Origin: Nageia nagi
Taxonomy: Eukaryota > Plantae > Pinophyta
Reading direction: 5' to 3'
DNA: 64,000 nt
Assembly (NCBI GenBank): GCA_050084985.1
Contig: JBITNC010000002.1
Coordinates: 10,912,001-10,976,000 of the forward strand
The position numbers were made by a program, and so were the translations under genes. Below, piece after piece: positions 27,264-41,590 of this stretch; position 1 is the first letter of the stretch; each line of letters begins with the position of its first letter. The notes below the pieces were generated by a model. That model had not been told where the DNA came from, ran no database searches, and was given only the letters and a program-made list of their open reading frames with translations.

Positions 27264-27649
27264 GCAACTAGTATATCAAAATATTTTTCTGTACTTTTGT
27301 TTTTGTAGTATCTTCTCCGAGACTACCTTGCTAGATCCATGAAAAAAATTGCAGATAGTTAAACCCTTAAACTAGATCCACTAGTATATCAAAATGTTTC
27401 TCTCTACTTTTTATTTCTATAGTATCTTCTCCAAGACAACCTTGGTATATCCATGGAATAACAATTGTAAAAATATGTTTTGGTACCATTTAAAAAAAAA
27501 AAAAAATCCTTCTTTTTATGTATCAAAAAATAATACAAGGAGATATGTAACTAAGAAAAGATAAGATAATTCTTTTAATTTCCTTTTAAACCCAATGGTT
27601 TGTAGGACCTATTAATGTTTATCCAAGAATAAATATAAATCAATTATGT

Positions 27650-28620
27650 AATTATTCATGCTTATTTATGATATAATTAAGTTGTATAATAAAATTGCCA
27701 AACTTGTTTTGATTATCTTGATTTAATAATTCATGGATCAAGCTACAAATATAATTACTTTTATAGGTTTTTCTAATATGTTTGTAAAGTGGACGAAAAA
27801 GGAGAAAATTAGTCTCATCTTCTATGGCATTTAGGTTACAAATCTTACAAGTTCTTTTATCCCAAGGCTTTTGAGGTATTGTCCGTCTACCATTTCTACT
27901 ATGCAATTCGTGTGAATTAGTTCTTAATTTTATGGTCACAAGTTTCTCCTTGAGACTAATAATCTTATGTGGATAGGATGGACATTCAAGTTTTGAATTA
28001 TTGAACTTTTTATTATATTAAGATAGTTTTCTTTTATTTTTGGTATTATCATCACTCCATAATTTTTGAGTTACTTTATTTGCAATCTGTAATTTCAATT
28101 TTTCATTATCTAAAGGGGTTATTTTATTGTGTATACCCCAAAAATCAAGTGACTTATCAAAGTCTTTTATTCAACCTCTTTTAATATGTTGAAGGGTTAG
28201 AAAAGTTTGTTGGAAAACTCCAAGTAACCTATGTTGATCTAACTTTGTTTGTTTATAATTATATGATACATATCATTTTAAAGCTTGACTTTTAATAGGA
28301 AGTAAGCCAACTTCCAACTTCCATGAAAAGGATAAGGTATAGTGTGTTATTGTTTATTTTAAATTTGTAAATAATGAATTATTTTTTAATATTTTTCCAT
28401 GTTTATCAAGACGCAAACTTCACAACCATAAAGTATCGTTAGATTTATGAGGTAAGAGAAAAGAGTTTTCTTTTTATCTTAGTACTTTTGAAGTCTCATA
28501 TTTTTACAATTATTTTCTAGACTATAAAAGGCTTTCCACCCAATAATTTTTTTCATGTTTATACCTTATAAGAATGAATTATTATTATATAAATTAATTG
28601 AAAAATATATTTTTTTCTCT
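27650..28620 (-). mobile_element. LINE ORF2 C-terminal remnant
   Basis: KLRTNSHELHSRNGR...RTCKICNLNAIEDETNFLL, a CCHC-type LINE C-terminus. Confidence 0.75.
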
Positions 28621-28854
28621 TGAGAGATCTCAACATGCTCTCATCTCAAGGTTGAATTAGATTATTTTTAAAATGGCTACCTACATACCATATCACTATA
28701 TAAACATGACAACTATTAGAACATCCTCCTTGCACTTGAAAACCAATGCTTCCTCTCTAATAAGCTAAGGAACTAGACTTGAAACTCATATAATATGATT
28801 CATTATAGAGGGTGTAATAAAAAAGAGGTATCCATAGTAATTTTAACCTAAAAG

Positions 28855-29579
28855 TATTATGTATAAGCCAAAGTTGAGAAATTCAAGGTTTGTTTCTAGC
28901 TAACATACACTTCAAGAAAGGTTACCTAGGAAGGTTAGGCAACCACTCGATGTCGGTTAAGTTTAAGCTATTTTTCAGCAAGCGATGGAGGTATTACATG
29001 CATTACAACTATAACTATATTTGATGTAGTGAGGCCCTATTTTGGCATTCGATTTGATGCATATCGATAAGAAAACAAAGAGCATTAAACTCCATTTTGG
29101 GTATTCAAATGCAATCTCCATGATGTGTTAATTTATGAGTTGGGGGTTACACTTTGTTGGATTGTTTCCCAAGAATCTCTTTGGCTAGTTTTTTATTTTA
29201 TTTGGGAATGTAACACTCCTATAAATCCATGGTGTTGGATTAGGATTGATGCATGTAATTTAGGCATTGTGAGATTGTGTAGTTTGATGCAAGCTTGTTG
29301 GAGAGTGATTGAGAGTTTTTTAATGATGTTTTATTATAGTAGGTTACAATACGGTTACGTTGTAGGTTTTTCTCTTGGTGACTTGGAATATTGATGGGAA
29401 TCAAAGATTGAAAGCTTCTCCATGGATGTAGCTCACATCGAGTGAACCCCATTAAACTTGTCTCCTCTCCTTGTATGCTTGGTTTATTTTGTTGTTATTT
29501 TGTTTGGGTATTTTAGTTCTTATTAAAGTTCAGTAATTGTTTAAGAAAAATTATTTTATTTTATAATTGAAACCTAACA
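28855..29579 (+). mobile_element. Solo LTR (~725 bp)
   Basis: Absent from duplication copy 1; ends TATTA (mutated TGTTA) ... TAACA; AAAAG at 28850-28854 and 29581-29585 as probable TSD; TATA CCTATAAAT ~29218. Confidence 0.75.
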
Positions 29580-30060
29580 AAAAAGTCATTAGAATTAAGC
29601 TCTTACAGAATTTCATATTGAATGAGAGTATTATCTAAAACAAAACAAAAAAATTGATAATGAAATCACTAAAAGGATGATTGAGGATCAAAATGAAAAG
29701 AGGTATGGTAGGAAAGCATAAATTCGTCAAGCCTCTTTTATACTTTATTATCAAAAATTTGAGTAAGTTTATTAAATAGTGATGTTGTACTAATAGTCTA
29801 TGAATGAACAATTCGATAAATGAGGCCAAGAATTTTCTTGAAAAATCTTATGCATCCCTCTCTCCCATACACCAGTCTTGAGGATGCATCCAATCTTATC
29901 GTATATGAATTCTACCATTTTAATCTCCATAAATAATATATTTTGTAGGAGGAAGAATTTTCGCTAACCTTCTCCAATACTTGTAATGTTCTTCAACAAC
30001 ATTGGGAGTGTAAATAGTATTTATAAGCCCTTTAAGTTTCCAAGATAATACTTTCATAAA

Positions 30061-30225
30061 GGTAAAGGTAAATTATATTACCGTCCATTGAAGATCAACA
30101 TATATGTGGGATGAACAGTTGTAGTAGGCCATTACATAGCATGTATGTCTTATACTGGGAATGAAACATGGGACACAGATCGTAACAAGGTCAATACATG
30201 ACCAACTCAACCAACAATCGAGACA
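30061..30225 (-). mobile_element. tRNA-derived SINE copy
   Basis: Reverse complement aligns with 46109-46279; A-box TGGTTGAGTTGG; absent at the equivalent place in duplication copy 1. Confidence 0.7.
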
Positions 30226-31018
30226 TTTGCTTTATTTTTTAAGGTGACATAATTATTATGCAAAAAACTATTATAAGAGAATACCATAAAAATATTTTCT
30301 AGGTTTTTCTTTCTCTTAAACTTATTAGAAGTTATAAGAATGATATGATCATTTAGTTGGAAATGAAGAAAAAAACTTGCTCCAATTAAGTTGAAAATAT
30401 AATCTCTTAAAAATCAGTAATAAAATTTGTTGTTAGAAGTGTAGAATTAAGTAAATGCTTAGATTTGAAAGGGTTGCTAAGACCTTCACTGCCACATTGT
30501 ATTGATTACGATAAAGTAGATGCCTCACAATTAAAGTTCGAATCAATATATTTTTCCATTTTAACATTTTCTGTGCTAACAACAATTATCCTACCATCTA
30601 TAACAACAATCGCACTCGTGACACTGTAAGCATTGACTCAATCGCCTGAACTTATATATTAATATTTAATATGTAAAAAATAATGAAAAGGTGGACAAAG
30701 TATTACAGAAGGAATATCCATGTTTGACAATCATGAAGGAAAGTTGCAACCGTCTCTACCATGATCGCCTCTTGGACATACAATGTGGAAAGATCCAGAG
30801 TGCAACCGCCAATTTACATTCACGGAGAGCAACACAGGCGGAGAAGATGGAAAATCGAATAAATAATCTCTTTTCTTATTTATTGAATTACTAATACAAA
30901 AATACACAAATCAATTGTCTAAACAAATCTCCACAAACCAGGAAATCCTCAGCAATATGCCTTTGGACAGTAAAACCACAACACCCTCAAAATTCAGGGG
31001 CTTTTCGATGATCAAAAC

Positions 31019-31309
31019 TCAGTAGCTGTATGTTTTGGGCGACATAGAGAGGCTCTGCGGAGTCGGCGAGTAAGAGAATTGGGAATAACTTCTCATGGCC
31101 GGAATAGATATGAGTCGAGATAACGCAGGCCTAATTTTCCCGCTACCATTTTCTATTCCACTCCTCATTTTGGAGGACTGCCTGAAGATGAGCAGCACCA
31201 ATACCTGCACTGCCATGAAAACCAGAAGATATTGCCACCATGCCAGATCATGAGATCTCTCCACTACTGCCTCTATTTCACCCAGAGAGTATTCTCCTAC
31301 CTTCATCAT
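31019..31309 (-). CDS. Small (96 aa) single-pass membrane protein, paralog 1, unknown function
   Basis: Intact ORF; hydrophobic segment WWQYLLVFMAVQVLVLLIF; TATA ~85 bp upstream; CpG retained; paralog of identical length at 41591-41881. Confidence 0.85.
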   Translation of the reverse strand: MMKVGEYSLGEIEAVVERSHDLAWWQYLLVFMAVQVLVLLIFRQSSKMRSGIENGSGKIRPALSRLISIPAMRSYSQFSYSPTPQSLSMSPKTYSY

Positions 31310-31392
31310 ATCTACCAAACGCCCGGACTAGATTTGTTTAACAATGAGACGTTCTGGAATCGAATTGCAAGTAAATGGTCATGATGAAATGC

Positions 31393-31820
31393 ATTTATAA
31401 GTGAATATTTTATATTTGTTGCAGCATGATGAGGAAGTTTCATTAGATAACCTGGTCAAATTGCCTGTGATTTATGCTTTTGTGGTATATATATATTATG
31501 CATAATGACGTGGAGGGTGCATAAGACAATAAATTTGGTGAAATTTAGACTGCTTCCACCCAATAGTTTTGGTTGAAGGCTGAATTAGACTTTTTCATTT
31601 TGTTTCCTGTTTTTTAAACAATTTTAAAATTTAATATTACAAAAGTAGATGGTAGGAGAAACATCTATTTTACAAAACAGTACCCAGCAGATGTTCATTA
31701 ACGAAATCAAACAAGCTCGTGGTGTTTGACTTTGACTTTGACTTTGACTGCTTCTCGCTTAATGTGTGCATGGAATGAATTTAAATATGCACGCGTCTTA
31801 ACCATATGTTGTTTGACCCA
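31393..31820 (-). promoter_or_regulatory. Promoter of paralog 1: TATA, W-boxes, ACGT and CGCG boxes
   Basis: TTATAAAT 31393-31400; (TTTGAC)x4 at 31725-31748; extra TTGACC ~31454 and ~31813; TGACGTGG ~31506; ACGCGT ~31791. Confidence 0.55.
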
Positions 31821-34049
31821 ATCCTCTTTAGGAATATAATAAGAAATAATAATAATAATGTATTATTTATAGGGTCACGTTGAAGGAGGAATATTAGTCA
31901 ATTGTAGTGGTGGCGGCTGCTGTGGAGCCGCACACAGAAGGTTCAAATTTGGGAAATTCAAATTCAATTTGCTTATAAATAGTAAGAATGGACTTTTTAT
32001 TATTTTTCCATTAAAAAGGGTAATTAATTTATAAATATTAAAATTGATAGTATGAAGAATCATCGATTTGTTGGTGCCCGTGATTAATTTATAAATATAT
32101 GCACATAATATATAGTAATTCACTAAATAATTTATATACATATAATATACTAATATAATAAATAATTTAAATCGATAAATTTCAATATCTTCTTAGACAT
32201 TTATTTTGATATACATATAATATAGCAATTCAATAAATAATTCATATACGTACATAATATACCAATATAATAAATAATTTAAATCGATAAAATCTTAAAT
32301 GTCTTTTGATCATTTATTACGATATACGTATATGCTTTGTTTATATACGCACAGAGGTTATTTATATACGCATATGTTCTGTTTATATATGCATAAGGTT
32401 TCTTACGAAGTAAGAAAAAAAAAGAACCCTAAACTTAAAACATAATCATTACGTCAATATACAAGGAAAAGCTCTTGATAGACCAGGACTTTGTCCATTG
32501 TTGTAGAAGAACAACGTTTTCACCAACCCTCGACCTATTGAGGTAAGTTGTTAAAGACCATATGGCTTTGTGTATTCTTCCACATTTTGCATGCTCATAG
32601 TTAATTTGTGTATTCTTCCACATTGACTTTTATGACCTTTTCATAAAACCCATTTTGTAACCTTTTTCGGCAAAGGATAAGTAAGCCATGTCTCTCTTCT
32701 TCTTGCTTTGCACTTTGCTTAACCCCTAACTAGTACCTTATTATTTGGATATGAAGTTTTCTAGATTGATTTAGAGTTAGGGGTATTAAAGAAAGGTTTT
32801 GAAAACAATTCTAGTAAGGTTATTTTGAAGATATAAAAAATATAGAAGAATATCTTCAAAGGTTGTAAATATCACTAATAAATGTTTCAACTTTGTTATA
32901 TTATGTCGTAAATAAAATTTGGGTACCTTTCATTAAGGTAACTTTATGTGAGAAAAAATTCCAGCTTGATGAGCTTATCTAACGTTACTATTTTTTCCTA
33001 TACATTTATAATTGATAGCACAATGGGATTTACATATTTAAATCTATTGTATTGTATGCATATGTTGGTGATTTAATTTTGATATAAATGTTTAATTAAT
33101 TTTTTTATTGTGTCTGAAAATGGATGAATTAGACTACTAGTAAAAGATTTATTTTTTTCATAACCTAAAAACAAACTACATTGTAGGATGTCAAATTTTT
33201 AGATGAAAATTTCTCTTTACTGGTAACAAATTCCTGAACTTTTAGCAAGGTTATACCTGCGACATAACATAGATCCCATAAATTGTATTGCATTTTTACT
33301 GAATTTGTTTTTGAATTCAACTCTATTTTTTAAAATTTACGTCAATGAGAAGAGGGTTTTCTTTTAAAACATTTCCATTGCATATTGATTTTATGGGTAG
33401 ATGCATAAGGATGAAGTCTTTATTATTGAAATTTGACAATGATATCATCAGTCAAAATTTTCAATTGAAGTATTAAAAAAAAATGTCTATCAATATTAAA
33501 GGATAGAAGGTTAGGATAAGTTTTCAAATGAAATCTTGACCCACTTGTCAATTTTGACCTTGGATGCACTATCAAAACTCATGTAAAAAGAATAAAGAAT
33601 TCAAACTAGAGAGCATGTCCTTCAATATATGGATCATAAAATTAAAATGGATTGTTAATGCTTTGGATATTCCTATTAAATTAGCATAAATATTAGGAAA
33701 GCACTTGGATTTCTCTTTAAAATATGTTTAAGGTACTTATTTCTAAGTACTATGATGCAAATTTTTAAGTAAACTATATAAGATATTTGAATTTAATATG
33801 TAGTTTGAATAAGATGATTGTATCTATTATTGTGTGAATATTTATTAGTATTTTTTTAGATAGGTAAAAAAATAGATTTTTGAAGAAGGTTCCAAAACTT
33901 ATTAAAAGGGGTTTTTTAAATAGGGGCCCAAAAATTGTATTACAAATTATGAGCAATTGTGCTTGAAACATTATGAGATACATCTTGAGAAGAAATCTGG
34001 GAGAATTTATGTAGTTTATGATACAACTTGATACATTCCATAACTTATT

Positions 34050-36450
34050 TCTTTTGAAATTTATCTTTATTCATAGAGAAGAAATGCTTGAAGTTTTCAA
34101 GGATGTAGCTTCTTATCCTAGTTTGTAGGACAATAATTGTCATTGATTTCTCTTTGAAGATTCTATGATTGAGCTCCTTCCATATAAGCCAAAAAATGTG
34201 TAGGAGAATAAACTTTCAAAATATGTTGAGGATTTTACTTTAGGAATGGAGCTCTCAATGATGAATCAAGTCCTTCATAGTTCTTGGGAAAACCCAAGAA
34301 CTTTTGAATTCGTTTAGAACACCTTCCTAGATTTATAAATAAAAATTGTAGTGAATGAACAGATGACTAATATATTCTTATGCAAACCTTTAAAGCTTAC
34401 ATCAGTTAGGGAGATTGAACCCAAGCCTTTTGAGATTGTTGATGGTTAGAATTTTCTTTTGACTTGGAACTTACATGAAAAATACAAATTTTTGGAGCAA
34501 GCCTTTCATATAAATTTTATTCTAGAATGTCAGTTCTTTCTTGAGAACTAGTTTTTGCACTACTAGGTAGATAATTGTAATACTATAGCCTTATTTTATA
34601 CTGAGTTTCAAAATTATCTTATCTTTAAAATCAGTACGACCAATAGATTTTGATTCCAACTCTTTTCTAATGGTTTTTAATTATTCTTCTATCTTTTTTG
34701 TGGGGTCTTCCATGAGTTTCCATGATTTGATTGAGTCAATACTAAGATGTAGTTTTTTATCTTTTTACCTTGGGATAATTTTTCCCAATTTGCTCCTTCC
34801 TCCAAGTTTAAGTAATGGCTTAGAGACTTCTCCCTAATCCATGGATCATCTAAGAAGAATATCTTTGCTCCACTGCAACTTGCCAGTTGATGTCATTCCA
34901 AATAAGTGGTGTTATTTTCAATAAGCCATTCTAGAATGAAGAACAGTTGGGAGGTTTTTCAATTTTGAGGAAAGAATTTATATTCAAGTACTTGGCTTTG
35001 CAGATAAAGATCCATTCATTTTATATATTGGTGCAAAGTTTCTAATAGAATTTGGCAATAAGGAATTTGTTAAGGTGCTTCATTTTTTTGAGCCCAAGTC
35101 TACCTTCATATTTTGGGTTATAGACCTTGTCCCATGGAACTAAAGTATATCTTCTTTTTTATTTAATACCTGACCAAACAAATTGGCTGTAAATTTATTT
35201 TAGGTTTTTGGAAACTAAGTTAGGCATTTCGAAGATAAGAGCAGTGTAGATGGATTGTATTTTATATATTGTTTTGATAAGGAGAAATTTTACTACTTGG
35301 CTTAATAGGGTGCCTTTCCAACTTGTAAGTTTTAGTTGCATTATTTCTAGTACTTTATTCTAGTATTTAGATTTTATTTTACCTATAAAAAGGGGCATAC
35401 CAAGGTGGATGGAGGGGAATTCCTTTGTTTGGTAGTGGAAAATATATCCAATCATGAAATTTTTGGGAGTTAGGGTATGGAGAAAATATATCTTAGATTT
35501 TGAAAAGTTGAATTTTTGTATTATAGCTTTTTCATACAAGTAAAGAACTATGAAGAAGTTTTTGGCTTCCTTAGTAGAGGATTTTCGTATCATGCCATCA
35601 ATAAATTGATGATGCTGCATGATAAGTTATTTCACCCTATTATTGGTCTTATGTTGTTGATGTACCTATAAGCCTTTCCATTGAGAAGAACTCTTCCAAG
35701 TACCTATGCCATGAGTATGAAAATGTAATGAGAGAGAGGATCTCCTTACCTAATGCCTCTTTGAGAAAAGATTAAGAATACTACCAGTTCTCCATTAATG
35801 AGTATGGGGAATTTATGTATGAATATAAAATTTTGAATCCATTTTCACCATTAAGGATAGAAACCAAATTTATCTAAGAGGTTATCAAGGAACAACCAAT
35901 TGACCTTGTCAAAATCCTTTTGCATATCAAATTTTAAGAGCATACTTGGGTCCTTCTTAAATTGAATGGTGTGAAGTACTTCATACATTATATTGATTCC
36001 ATCAAAAATCTACTTATTTTGAACAAACAAATATGAGCTTAGGGAGAACATTATTTAGTCTATTTACAAGACGTTTGGTGATAAATTTGTAGATAGTGTT
36101 GCAAAGATTTATTAGTTAGAAATATTTAAATTCCTTAGCACCTTATTTTTTGGGAACATGTGCGAGAAATGTGATATTCCAATCCTTAAGAAGAGAATCA
36201 TATTTTTAGAATTCTTGTATGGACACAATGATACCTTTCTTAATAATGTTCTAGAAGAATTGGAAGAATATGATGGGAAATCCTTTTACACCTAGTGCTT
36301 TTCACTTCTCCATTGAGAATATAGTTATGCGTATTTCATATTTAGAGAAGGGATGAATTAGAGATCTATTAATGTTGTCATTTCATAGAATTATCTTGAC
36401 CATTTTATCTACTATGTTGTGTTTATTATATTGTTCTAGTTCTTAGTACT
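34050..36450 (-). mobile_element. L1-type LINE ORF2 remnant (RT)
   Basis: RGIR*GDPLS near 35735-35760; LKFDMQKDFDKVNWLF; HHQFIDG; HLGMPLF; many stops. Confidence 0.8.
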
Positions 36451-37561
36451 AATTTCACTAATGAATTTACTTTAGATCATATGAATTTGGACTCCTTATT
36501 ATATTAGGTGAATTCCTTGGTTAACACTAATGGAACAAAGGTTTATATAGATTGATGACGAGTTTGGATGAATTGGTGGTTATGTTAGCTTAATCAACTA
36601 ACTTTATAGAACCAAAAGGCTAGAATCATGGAGAAAATAAATATTAGTAATGGATATAACCTAAGGGTTATTTTCTCTTTTATTTTCTAGCCTTGGGAGA
36701 GGGTTATAAGGATTCATATTTATAGTCCTCCAAATATGGCAACCCATGAGAGATGATATCTAATTTGGGGAGGCTAAAGGAGTTGATTGAAGATAGAAGA
36801 GGTGTCCCAATTCAAATTTAATTTGGTTTGATATAAGAAAAGGTGGCATAATGCCTTAAATGAAATGAGAGAGGTGGAAGGTTGGCTCATGGTGGAAAGT
36901 GAGGTGGAATCATGAGGTGGAGGGAAGATTTGATTTAATTTGACTTTTTTTTGGGTATGCAATGGGTGGTTAGCAATTTTAGGTGCTAATTAATAATGGT
37001 TAGTTAAGTGCATGTAAAATTGTAAGTACTCACTTTGGGATTTTAGCATTAATTAAATCAATGCTAATGGTTATGTGGAATGGGTGTAGATTTTATGTGT
37101 TTACAAAAAGAATATAAGTATAAATTCCTCCACACTTTTGAGTGTATAAATTCCTCCACTCTTTTATGTTCAAATAAGATGCTTTTATAATCTATTTATG
37201 CAAGATAAATTCAAATTATATACCTCTAAAAACATCCAACCTTAATTAGAAGTTTATTTAATTAATAGAGATAATTTTATACCCATAATATACAAGGGAC
37301 AAGAAAGCTCTTAAGATTTAAAGTTGAAGCTTAAGATTAGAAATTACTCATTTTACCAATCCATCTTTTGTAATTTTATTAGAAAAATAATAATATTACA
37401 TTAAAATATTAAAAAATAAAATAATAAAATCAATTAAAAAATACATTTTAAACATGTACAATAATAATATAGTAAGTCTTTGATTATTAATTATTTTCAT
37501 ACAACTAAAAAATTACTAGTTTCAAGAATTCTTATAATACAAATTAATCATTTTCAAATAT

Positions 37562-40500
37562 TGTTGGAAACCTAATCCATAGAGATTAAGATTAATAATA
37601 ATATTATTAGATTTTGGTGTTACGTATGTAGGTGAAATAAACATATTTTATATTTCTACAAATGTAAGTGGAAGAAATTTCATAGGTCATTAGGACGTCC
37701 AAGAGTCATTAAATGCTTTTAGGGTTTTCAAGATTCTCTTGAATGAGTTAAACACATCCTTCTCTTTTTTTTATTCTTGTCATTTTAGAATGTAATTTAG
37801 CTTTTTGGAGTTAACATTATTTCATATTTACATCCTCTTATTGGACCTTACAATAGTATCAAAGCTATGGCTTATTTTCTTGCAAATTTATGGACTCCGT
37901 AGTCCACCTTCTTCCTCTCTTTTCTCCTTAATTTTTTTTTTCATAATCCTTCATCTAAATCCATTTTTAAGTTCATATTTGGATACCCATTTTCATTATG
38001 ATTATTTTGGTATATTGGATTATCTATTTTGAAGTAAAATTAAGAAAGATATATGCATTTGAAATTTTAACATGTGTGTAAAAAAATTTAGGTTTGATTA
38101 ATGGCCTAAGTGGATAGTTTTTTAAGGTTTAATATGTGATATCTATGTATTTTAAACACCTTTAAGGTCACATCATGTTGCATTCCCTACTCCATCCAAC
38201 TAATGTACACCCATTCTACTTATATCATCGCTCCTAACCCTATGTTCAAAGGTTATACCCCCATGTCACGTGAACTTGTAAGTTGTCTACCTACTATCAT
38301 TTGACTTGGTTGCCTATGCATCATCTCAACCAATGTGGACCTTGCAACCTGTTAGTCATTGCTTTGAGCCTTTTTGTCTAACTATGTATTGTGTGATATG
38401 GAGATTGAAATTAAAGAATTACTTCTATGCCAAAATAATGTGACCTCTTGCTTCATTTTGTAACCATCCCTAAATTTATTCAACCTATAACGCATACAAT
38501 CTATCTCATGTGCCCCCAACATGTTGTGCTTACCACCTACCTCTTATCATCTAGCCAACCTGATGTGGACTTGCACCTTAAGAGCCAACCTCACACTTCA
38601 CACACGTTCAAACTCTAACCTGACCTTAAAGTATCGATCTAGTTTTTACCCAATCAGCATGTCCTTTGACCAACACTTCCCATATCAATGCCCCATCAAC
38701 ACTACCAATTTAACCTCCAGTCACTACCTACATTAATATTGACATATTAACCACTTACTATTTTTGAATTTTCAAGCCTATTTAAAATTCCAGATAGTAT
38801 TTTTTTCATAACTTATTCAATATATTGGTTTGATTTTGGTGAAATTTTTTCCTATTGGTTAAAAATTTTGAAAGCTTTTTCATTGAGATAATTATTTTTT
38901 AGTATCTAGTGATTTTTTGGAGAATTTATTTTATTTTTTTGAAGGTCTTCAATTTTTTGAGATAAAATTAAAAGATTTTTTATGGATTTTTGAAGTAGTA
39001 TTGTTTAGATTAGCTTTTTGGAGGCTATTGCCTTATTTGATTTCTAATTTTTTGCAAACTTAATTATTTTCATTGTAAAATAATTTTGTTGGAGGATCTT
39101 GATCTTGATGTTATCATTTCTTTGATGTCTTTTGTTCATATGAAACTATGCATGTATTCTTGTACTTAGTTAGTTGAGTTGAGTGGTGCCTTTTTGGAAA
39201 TATTCTTTATCTTGTTGCAAAGATAATAGAATTTATGAATTTTTTTAAGAAAGTCACCCTTTAAGATGAAGATGGTATCCTCCATTTTTTCTTGAAGTTA
39301 TTGTAATATACTCTATTCATAAATAAAAAATTGAATACTTAGTATCATATTGCAACTATTTTGAAAATGGTTATGTTACTTTCACTTCACATTTTTAACT
39401 AGATCTTTTTTGTTTGCCTTGTAATTCAAAGGTGGAGATAATATAGGTCTTTTTTATTAGCTATTGTTATGATAGCAATACTATATCCCCAATGCCTTTG
39501 TTTATTGACCCTAGTGTTCTGATAGCAATGGCAATATAGTACCATAGAAGTAGAGCACATATTGAGGGGTTTTTCTTTTATGATGTCAAGATGATTGAGA
39601 ATCATTAGAGCTAGTTTTTGGATGAATAAATTCTTATTACTAAGCACCTAAGTCCCTTATAGTTTCTACATTCTACATATGGCTCCTTTGGTTTGATATG
39701 TTCTTTGATGAGATTTGAAGAGAGTATATAAGATAGATCATATGGTGCGAATGTGGAATCTATCACATCTTATGTGAGCATGCTATGTGTGGGAGACTTA
39801 GTATGTGTTTATTTGTGCACATCATTTTAGTATTCATGGTGGAGAATATCATTCTTGGCATCTTGTTTCTCTTCATTCTAAAGATATTTGTCGGTGATTG
39901 GTTCAAATTCTTTATTTGTGGAGTTTTCATCTTCCTTAGAATCACTTATGTCAGGGAAAATCCTTTCTTCATGGTTTCATTATTCTTGGACTTCATCTAC
40001 TACTCTTCTTATTTGCATGGAGAAACTTTTGTCTGTGCTCTTGTGAAGAAGATTTATGTTACGATATTTTTACGCCTTTGGATTAAGGGGGGAACACTGA
40101 ATCCTTGAGGTGGATCTCTTAAGGAGATTTTTATTTTTTATTAATGAATAATGGCAAATATTAATTATTGTGGATGTTTTTGCGACTTTGTCATAATCAA
40201 CCCTACGAACTCCTCAAAATGTTCAAAATACTTTACAATGCAATAGACTAGACAACATAAACAAAATTTAAACAAGGTCAATGAAATTGGGTCAAACACA
40301 ACATACAAGATGGTTAACTTTAGCGGTGAATAATGTTCTACACATCTTGAGACACATCTTTTTATTTTCACCACTTCTTAATCTCCTTTGAAATTGAAGT
40401 GTGGGGATGTTGGAAACTTAATCCTTAAGGATTAAGATTAATTGTAATATTATAAGATTTAGATGTTAAGTTTATAAGTGAAATAAAAATATTTTATATT

Positions 40501-40830
40501 TCCATAAATGTCAGTGAAAGAAATTCCATATGTCATTAGAAAGTTTAAGAATCATTAGGAATTTTTAGGGTTTTAGAGATTCTCTTCAAGGAATTATGTA
40601 TTGATAAAAGTTAACCAACTTTTGAGTTCTAACATCGTACAAGTGATTTACATGTTGTATGAGATTTCACTTGCACAATTGTTTCACATATTATACAATA
40701 TAAACAACTCAAAAACCATTTAATTCCAACTTATATATCCTTCTATTTTCTTATGCTTATATTTTAAAATGTAATTTAACTTTTTGAAGTTAATACTATT
40801 TCATATTTACATCCTATAGTGAACCTTACA
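37562..40830 (+). mobile_element. Two-LTR, internally deleted and degenerate LTR retrotransposon (probably Copia)
   Basis: 5' LTR 37562-37852 and 3' LTR 40408-40830 (TGTTGGAAAC...CCTTACA); PBS TAGTATCAAAGC 37854-37865; PPT GAAGTGTGGGGA; TSD AATAT/AATAC. Confidence 0.85.
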
Positions 40831-41590
40831 AATACTGTTTTTCCTATATAACATTACAGATCATACAAATAAAATTATATATATATTTTTATTTACAAAT
40901 CACTGATCTTCATTGGAAAGAGAGTTCGACAAGACTCTTTTTCTGTCCGTAAGAGTAAACATGGAAGGAAGAAATCTGTATGGTAACGATTACCATCCAA
41001 AGAAATCATGTCAAAACAAAATTCTTCAATAAATTTCAGGAGACTCCAGCCAAAATGGATGACTGATCAATACATTCATTCCTCTTTTTTCTAGATCCAA
41101 ACCATCATCAATTTTGCTACCATCACTTCTCTCAAATCCCTGATATTGAGCTGCTAAATACATGAACTGTTGAGCTGGAGCTCTCATCAAAGGACGCTTC
41201 AGAAGATCATCCAACAGTAAACAAGAACTACAAGCCAACCTCCATTTAAAATCCAATACACACCTTATTTCTTTATTGGTGAAAGAAATCTCCACTAAAT
41301 CCAAAGAAAAACACCTAAACTAGTCCCTTAAATGGGCAACCATCACTATAATTGTTTGTTGCCAAACGAATAAGATCTATCAATTTCGACTATACAAACA
41401 CACCCACAAACCCCAATACCTCATACATTCAGGTGGTTTCTTTGAGTCAAGTCCCTCACACAGATTCCAGGCATTAACGTAACGAAATACGATGAAATTG
41501 TAAATGATAGGAGCAAGGAATTCAACACGAACGGGACCAGAGTTCCACCTTCTACTCCATGACCGAATTAATTATATGAGATGAACAAAT

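Larger units (their letters stand above)
27360..30420 (+). repeat. Segmental duplication, copy 2 (with extra solo LTR and SINE)
   Basis: Colinear with 14600-16820. Confidence 0.85.

Noticed and set aside
32000-32400. AT-rich ~110-bp duplication
   Set aside because: Low complexity; no termini or TSD identified
41026-41304. 92-aa minus ORF downstream of paralog 2
   Set aside because: Non-ATG start, no recognisable motif, no counterpart at paralog 1
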